A DNA stretch of 64,000 nt from Octopus vulgaris (taxonomy: Eukaryota), in NCBI GenBank assembly GCA_951406725.2, contig OX597820.1, positions 17,422,001 through 17,486,000 of the forward strand, read 5' to 3'. The position numbers and the translations under genes were made by a program. The notes under the pieces were generated by a model. It was not told the DNA's origin. It saw only the letters and a program-made list of their open reading frames with translations, and ran no database searches. Positions 58,898-64,000 of this stretch are shown here, piece after piece; the first letter of the stretch is position 1, and each line of letters starts with the position of its first letter.

Positions 58898-59303
58898 GGA
58901 TCTATTATTTTTTAAAATAATTTCCACGTAACTAAACAATTTTAAACTTCGTATACTGGTAGAATGTGTTTATAAAACATCTTTTTCTCTTGACTTTATT
59001 GAGAAAATTCTATAGTTTGTAAGATATTTGTTGTTGTTTTTTTCTTCAATTTCTGCAATTTCAACTAATAATTTACGTCTATTGAGGTAAAAAAACATTC
59101 TGTGCCGTTTGAATATGTCCCTCGCTTAAGAAACAGATTGGGTTTATTTATATTTGTGAAGAAAAAAAGATACCCTTCCCCCACCCCTAACCCTAACCCT
59201 AAAACAGATTGAAATGCGATAGATCGATACTCGGGTCATAATTATGGGTGACAATTTCATATGACGCCACTAGAAAAAACTGCCGTTCAAACCGAAAAGA
59301 TCC
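58898..59303. mobile_element. Non-autonomous DNA transposon with 8-bp TSD, nested in a SINE D
   Basis: Termini GGATCT...AGATCC. GAGTGGAG is duplicated at 58890-58897 and 59304-59311. Internal (CCCTAA)3. Confidence 0.8.
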
Positions 59304-60494
59304 GAGTGGAGTAACGTAAAATTACCCGTTCTGCTCAAGAAAATATAACGCACCACTGGGTCTGTCCGGGAATCGAAACTACGACCATGCGCTCGTGGAT
59401 ATTACATTCGAAACACTAAGCCACGCGCCTTTACACTCCAGCGTGATATAATCAATTTTGTTCCGCCAATATTATGCTCTATGGTTCCTATGTATTGATT
59501 TATTTAGCCTGTCTGTTGGCAAATCGTTTCCATTGTTGAGTGTGATATGAAACCTATTGTAATTAACACATATTAAATGTTGACAAGATTTACTAAGTTT
59601 TCTATGCAGTCATTGATAAAGGCAATTAAGGCTACACTGAACGTACAAGCGAACGGCTAAACTGATTGTATTACTCATGTACACCTAAATATAGATACAT
59701 AACCAGATCCGCATATATTGTTGTGCTTTGCTTCGCTTTCCATTAAAGCGGTAAGCTACTTAATACCTTATTTCTTAAACCTTTTTCCTTCTGTATTGTC
59801 CTTAATCATTGTTCATTATATTTACACTACATAGACAGACGGATAGATAGATAGATAGATAGATAGATAAGACAGTACCACATTTACGTATTTACAAATA
59901 AGCAAATACTCGCACGTGCGTGTGTATAATTGTATGCTCATGTATACAGCTATAACTGCACTTATAATTCGAAGTATATCTATGTCTGAGAATTTTGATA
60001 TTTCTATGAAATACTTTGGAGTAAATAATTCTAATCTAAAGCGAATTCTAAGACATCGACACGTCGTAAGTGCAGCAGTCACGGAAAAAAAGCTAACACA
60101 GCTCAATCAATGATATACATAAATCGTGTAAATATTAAGTAGTAAAAATAAACCGTTGGATGGAAGAAGTCAAAGGCTGAACCCAAAACCATTCAAAGCT
60201 CACCTGGTTAAACGACAAATGCTGATTCCTAACAGGAACACATTTTGGCTGGTGGATGGGTAACACTTGTTTTAGATCGGCTAAATTTCCTTATTGATTT
60301 CAAATTTCGACAAAAGGCCAGCGATTTAATAGATCGTCTGTTATATTTACAGAATATGTGGGTTCGAGTACCACCGGCTGCCTTTGACTTTTTCCAACCA
60401 AGGGGTTATTGATCTAATATTTACACGCTATTCATTTATAGCTTTATCAGCTTTTAAAACGAACTATTTCATATCTCGCAAACTTTCTAAATTC

Positions 60495-60636
60495 TTGCAG
60501 CGTGGAAGGTGTTTATAAGCCATTTAAGAAACACACAAAGACCGTTAGATTCACTTCGACATCTAAATTTGATTTGTCAAAATATTTTCGCCGCTTTAAG
60601 TCCGCGACCTGTTCACTGACAAAATTCCGTGCTGCA
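60495..60636 (-). mobile_element. Short repeat with a G3-C8 hammerhead-like motif (copy 3)
   Basis: Minus 60623-60573: UUUGUCA-GUGAACA-G-GUCGC-loop-GCGGC-GAAA-AUAU-UU-UGACAAA. Confidence 0.7.
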
Positions 60637-61199
60637 TCTCTAAATTCTTTTATGGTATTTTATATTCGATAACACTGCAAGTAAACCTCTTAAGTCATCT
60701 CATGGCAGAGCCTTAGCTTGGCCAGAGTGGAATGGCTGCTGCGAATAAAAGTAATAAAGAATACTAGCACAAATGAACACCATGCTTACACGTAAGCAAC
60801 GGTTTGTGAATAAGTGACAACGGTTATTCAGTTATCCCGTTCAATATTGAACTGGACAATAGCTTTTGTATTTCCCGCTGGAAGCAAACGAATTCTCATG
60901 CTTTGTTTCAAGATCTTACTCCATCCGGTCTTTCAATAACTGCTGTTTGAAAGCTTATAGGAATAAAGAAAATGCCTCCAATGTAAGCGGAACTCGCTAG
61001 CGCCTATTTTCAAGATGGCGACCCTCTGTAGAAATGAGTTCAATACCAGGAGTGGATTTTAGGTCATTGACAGAACGGTTATAACAAGAGAAGATTGCAC
61101 AACGATTACAAAGCAAACGGTTCTTTGTTTGCCGGATCTACACGTGAAGCCATAAACTAGATTCTCCGCCACAAACTATCTATAGTTTATCCTGATTCT

Positions 61200-61409
61200 T
61201 TTACTATTCTTTTACTTGTTTCAGTCATTTGATTGTGGCCATGCTGGAGCAACGCCTTTTGTCGAGCAAATCGACCCCAGGACTTATACTTTGTAAGCCT
61301 AGTACTTATTCTATCGGTCTCTTTTGCCGAATCGCTAAGTTCCGGGGACGTAAACACACCAGGATCGGTTGTCAAGCGATGTTGGGGGGACAAACACAGA
61401 CACAAACAT

Positions 61410-61441
<32 letters not shown>

Positions 61442-61481
61442 TGGCTTTAGAATAACCCTCTTTAGCCCTTAATTATATGAT

Positions 61482-61515
<34 letters not shown>

Positions 61516-62085
61516 ATATATACGACGGGCTTCTTTCAGTTTCCGTCTACCAAGTCCACTCACAAGGCTTTGGTCGGCCCGAGGCTATAGTAGAAGACAC
61601 TTGCCCAAGTTGCCACGCAGTGAGTGGGACTGAACCCGGAACCATGTGGTTGGTAACCAAGCTACTTACCACATAGCCACTCCTACGTCTATAAGTACCA
61701 GGCTTATGATAATTTCTTTGAAATTTGTAATTTCCGTTTCTGTAGTTGTTACTTCGCCCTAAATTAGTTCTGACCGAGCAGACCTGTGATCATAGGCCTT
61801 CCTTCCGTAACAGCTACGTCCTTTTGATCAGTCATGCTATCTTCTCTTTTATTTTTTACTTGTTTCAGTCATTAGACTGCGGTCATGCTGGGGCAGCACT
61901 TTGAATTTATTTACTCGAATGAATCGGCCCCAAAACTCATCTTTTATAAGCCTCTTTGACCGAACTGCTATGTTACGGGGACGCAAACACACCAACACTG
62001 GTTGTCAAGCAGTGGTGGTGGGAGATACAGACACAAATACATATGCACATAGGTATATATATATATATATGTGTATATATTTATA

Positions 62086-62134
<49 letters not shown>

Positions 62135-62290
62135 GACGGGTTTCTTTCAGTTTCTGTCTACCAAATCTACTCACAAGGCTTTGGTAGGTCCGAGGCTATA
62201 GTAGTAGACACTTCCTTAAGGTGCCACGCACTGGGACTGAACCCATAATCATGCCGTTGGAAAGCAAGCTTCTTACCACACAGCTACGCA
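61200..62290 (-). mobile_element. Two SINE family A copies (61200-61690 and 61845-62290)
   Basis: Same structure as 2415-2826. Confidence 0.88.
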
Positions 62291-63041
62291 TGCATTAGTC
62301 ATTGTAAACTTTCTTTCTTAAGATGGTATGGAGTGACTTGATAGAGGTTTGACCGCTGTTTCTTGCAGCTCGAGTAATCATTTAGAGCTTACTCATATCG
62401 TCATCTATATATTCTACAAAACTGTACTTTGCATACATTTGCATAAATTTGCATATTTGTTTGCGTTTACATATGTATATATATGCATGTGGGTTTACGT
62501 ATGCCTGAGATCAGCAGTATAGATGTCCCTGATCGTAGATATTTCGTAAATGGCAATATCCTAGCGAAACGGGATACGGGTTCTATTCTCAGCTGTTGAT
62601 ATTTCATATAAAATACTGATGCCTCTATCAACGGAATGAACATTACATCTGCCATCATCTTTATTTCCTTGAATCAATTCGACTTGCCACTTAATGATGC
62701 ATGTCTTGATATGATTGCGATCGGTCAAGCAAATGCATCTGTCTAACTTAATTTGACATGATATAAATATTTAAGATTTTACACAGACATACATGCGAAC
62801 GTGTGAGTGTATGTGTGTGTGTGTGTGTATATACATATAGAGAGAGGTGAAGAAAGAGAGAGAGAGAAAAGGAGGGAGTAAGAGAGAGAGAGACCAAGAG
62901 AGAACACAAAAAGCTGGTCCGAGGGAGAGATAACTCTCCCTCACTGACACTGGACTTTCTATTCTTTGGCGACCAACTGACCAAATGGCCGTAACGGGTT
63001 CCTGCTTCCCAGAAGTGGATAATTACTTTTATCTTCGGCTT

Positions 63042-63105
63042 TAGAGTCTGATGAGACGCCCGTGAGGCTAAGGCCTTTGTGGATACGAAACCATTGGTCA
63101 CTCTA
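63042..63105 (+). ncRNA. Type I hammerhead ribozyme motif
   Basis: UAGAGU-CUGAUGA-[stem II with GAGGC/uaag/GCCUU]-GAAA-CCAUUGG-UC-ACUCUA. Perfect 6-bp stem I and a GUC triplet; the base of stem II is imperfect. Confidence 0.8.
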
Positions 63106-63130
63106 TGACCGGACATTAGCGTAATTACTT

Positions 63131-63167
<37 letters not shown>

Positions 63168-63265
63168 CTGTGTGTGTGTGTATATATATATGTATATATA
63201 TATTCGTCACTCTATGACCGGACATTAGCGTAATTACTTTATATATATATGTGTGTGTGTGTGTC

Positions 63266-63300
<35 letters not shown>

Positions 63301-63334
63301 TCGTCACTCTATGACCGGACATTAACGTAATTAC

Positions 63335-63409
<75 letters not shown>

Positions 63410-63419
63410 TAGTACAGTC

Positions 63420-63700
63420 GTCACTAAAGTGAAGGAGAGTGCTGGTGACCACCCGGCATTACTAGAAACAAGAGTCAAAACAACTCTTAGCCAGGTGAGA
63501 GGACTTTTCCAACGACTGATAAGGGAGATAAGGGAAACAAGCTCCGTCCCTACCATAAGCACGATGGAGTCATATCAGTGCTGATTTCAGATCTGACTAT
63601 CCTCCATTAGTGACCCATTATTCCGTCACCAAGAGCTAAAGGTCCTAACTCAGCCTATCAGCCTTACAGAGAATACCATAGAAAACATTGACTGATTTCG
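63420..63700 (+). pseudogene. Possible decayed Penelope-type reverse transcriptase fragment
   Basis: With frameshifts reads DKGNKLRP/TISTMESYQ...LSSI...LTQPISLTENTIEN, reminiscent of the PLE RT 'RPIIS...SY.Y....L..IL.P....I.N' block. Lies just downstream of a hammerhead. Confidence 0.3.
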
Positions 63701-63794
63701 AAAATGGTGAAGTGAGCACTATAAATTATTAAGGTGGTTATTCGCAATCTACAACAGAAATACTCTAAAAATATATATATACTATATATCGTCA

Positions 63795-63836
<42 letters not shown>

Positions 63837-64000
63837 CGAAGGCTGCTAATGGGCATCGATATTGCTAGAAATGAGAGCCAACGCAACCCATACCTACGTG
63901 AGAGCACTTTTCTAACGGCTGATTAAGGCCCCATGTATATACATTAACGTATACGGTTAATATATATAAATGTGAGTGTATATGTGTATGAAACAGCAAA

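Noticed and set aside
59185-59202. Telomeric repeat as a chromosome end or fusion
   Set aside because: Only three units, internal to a MITE.
60820-61000. Minus-strand LTLEAFS...IRLLPAGNT..VQ resembling a pogo/Tc2 DDE fragment
   Set aside because: Short, interrupted by stops and without TIRs; cannot be supported without a profile search.
62467-62745. Higher-complexity stretch as a coding exon
   Set aside because: Frames either contain stops or give no recognisable protein.

Overview
This is AT-rich, microsatellite-saturated eukaryotic non-coding DNA (intronic or intergenic). The SINE repertoire and (TA)n/(CA)n/(TACA)n/(GATA)n load resemble an Octopus-type cephalopod genome; this is inferred from recognition, not a database search. 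I can support no intact host gene, and nearly all ORFs in the track are microsatellite or SINE read-through. The window holds dozens of copies of four tRNA-derived SINE families (my labels A-D), two decayed mariner elements, Helitron/Helentron-like, hAT-like and 8-bp-TSD non-autonomous DNA elements, and 3' fossils of CR1-, R4/Dong- and Hero-like LINEs. The main unexpected signal is a dense set of type I hammerhead ribozyme (HHR) motifs in short elements beside or between (TA)n tracts. These include (i) two identical canonical HHRs exactly 480 nt apart (20212-20257 and 20692-20737, minus) delimiting a non-coding retrozyme/Penelope-pLTR-like monomer, followed by an inverted partial copy; (ii) solo canonical HHRs at 18870-18944 (-) and 63042-63105 (+); (iii) a three-copy repeat family carrying an HHR fold with the C3-G8 core pair swapped to G3-C8 (GUGAACA); and (iv) several decayed minimal HHRs. 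All folds were derived by eye and none is shown to be active.
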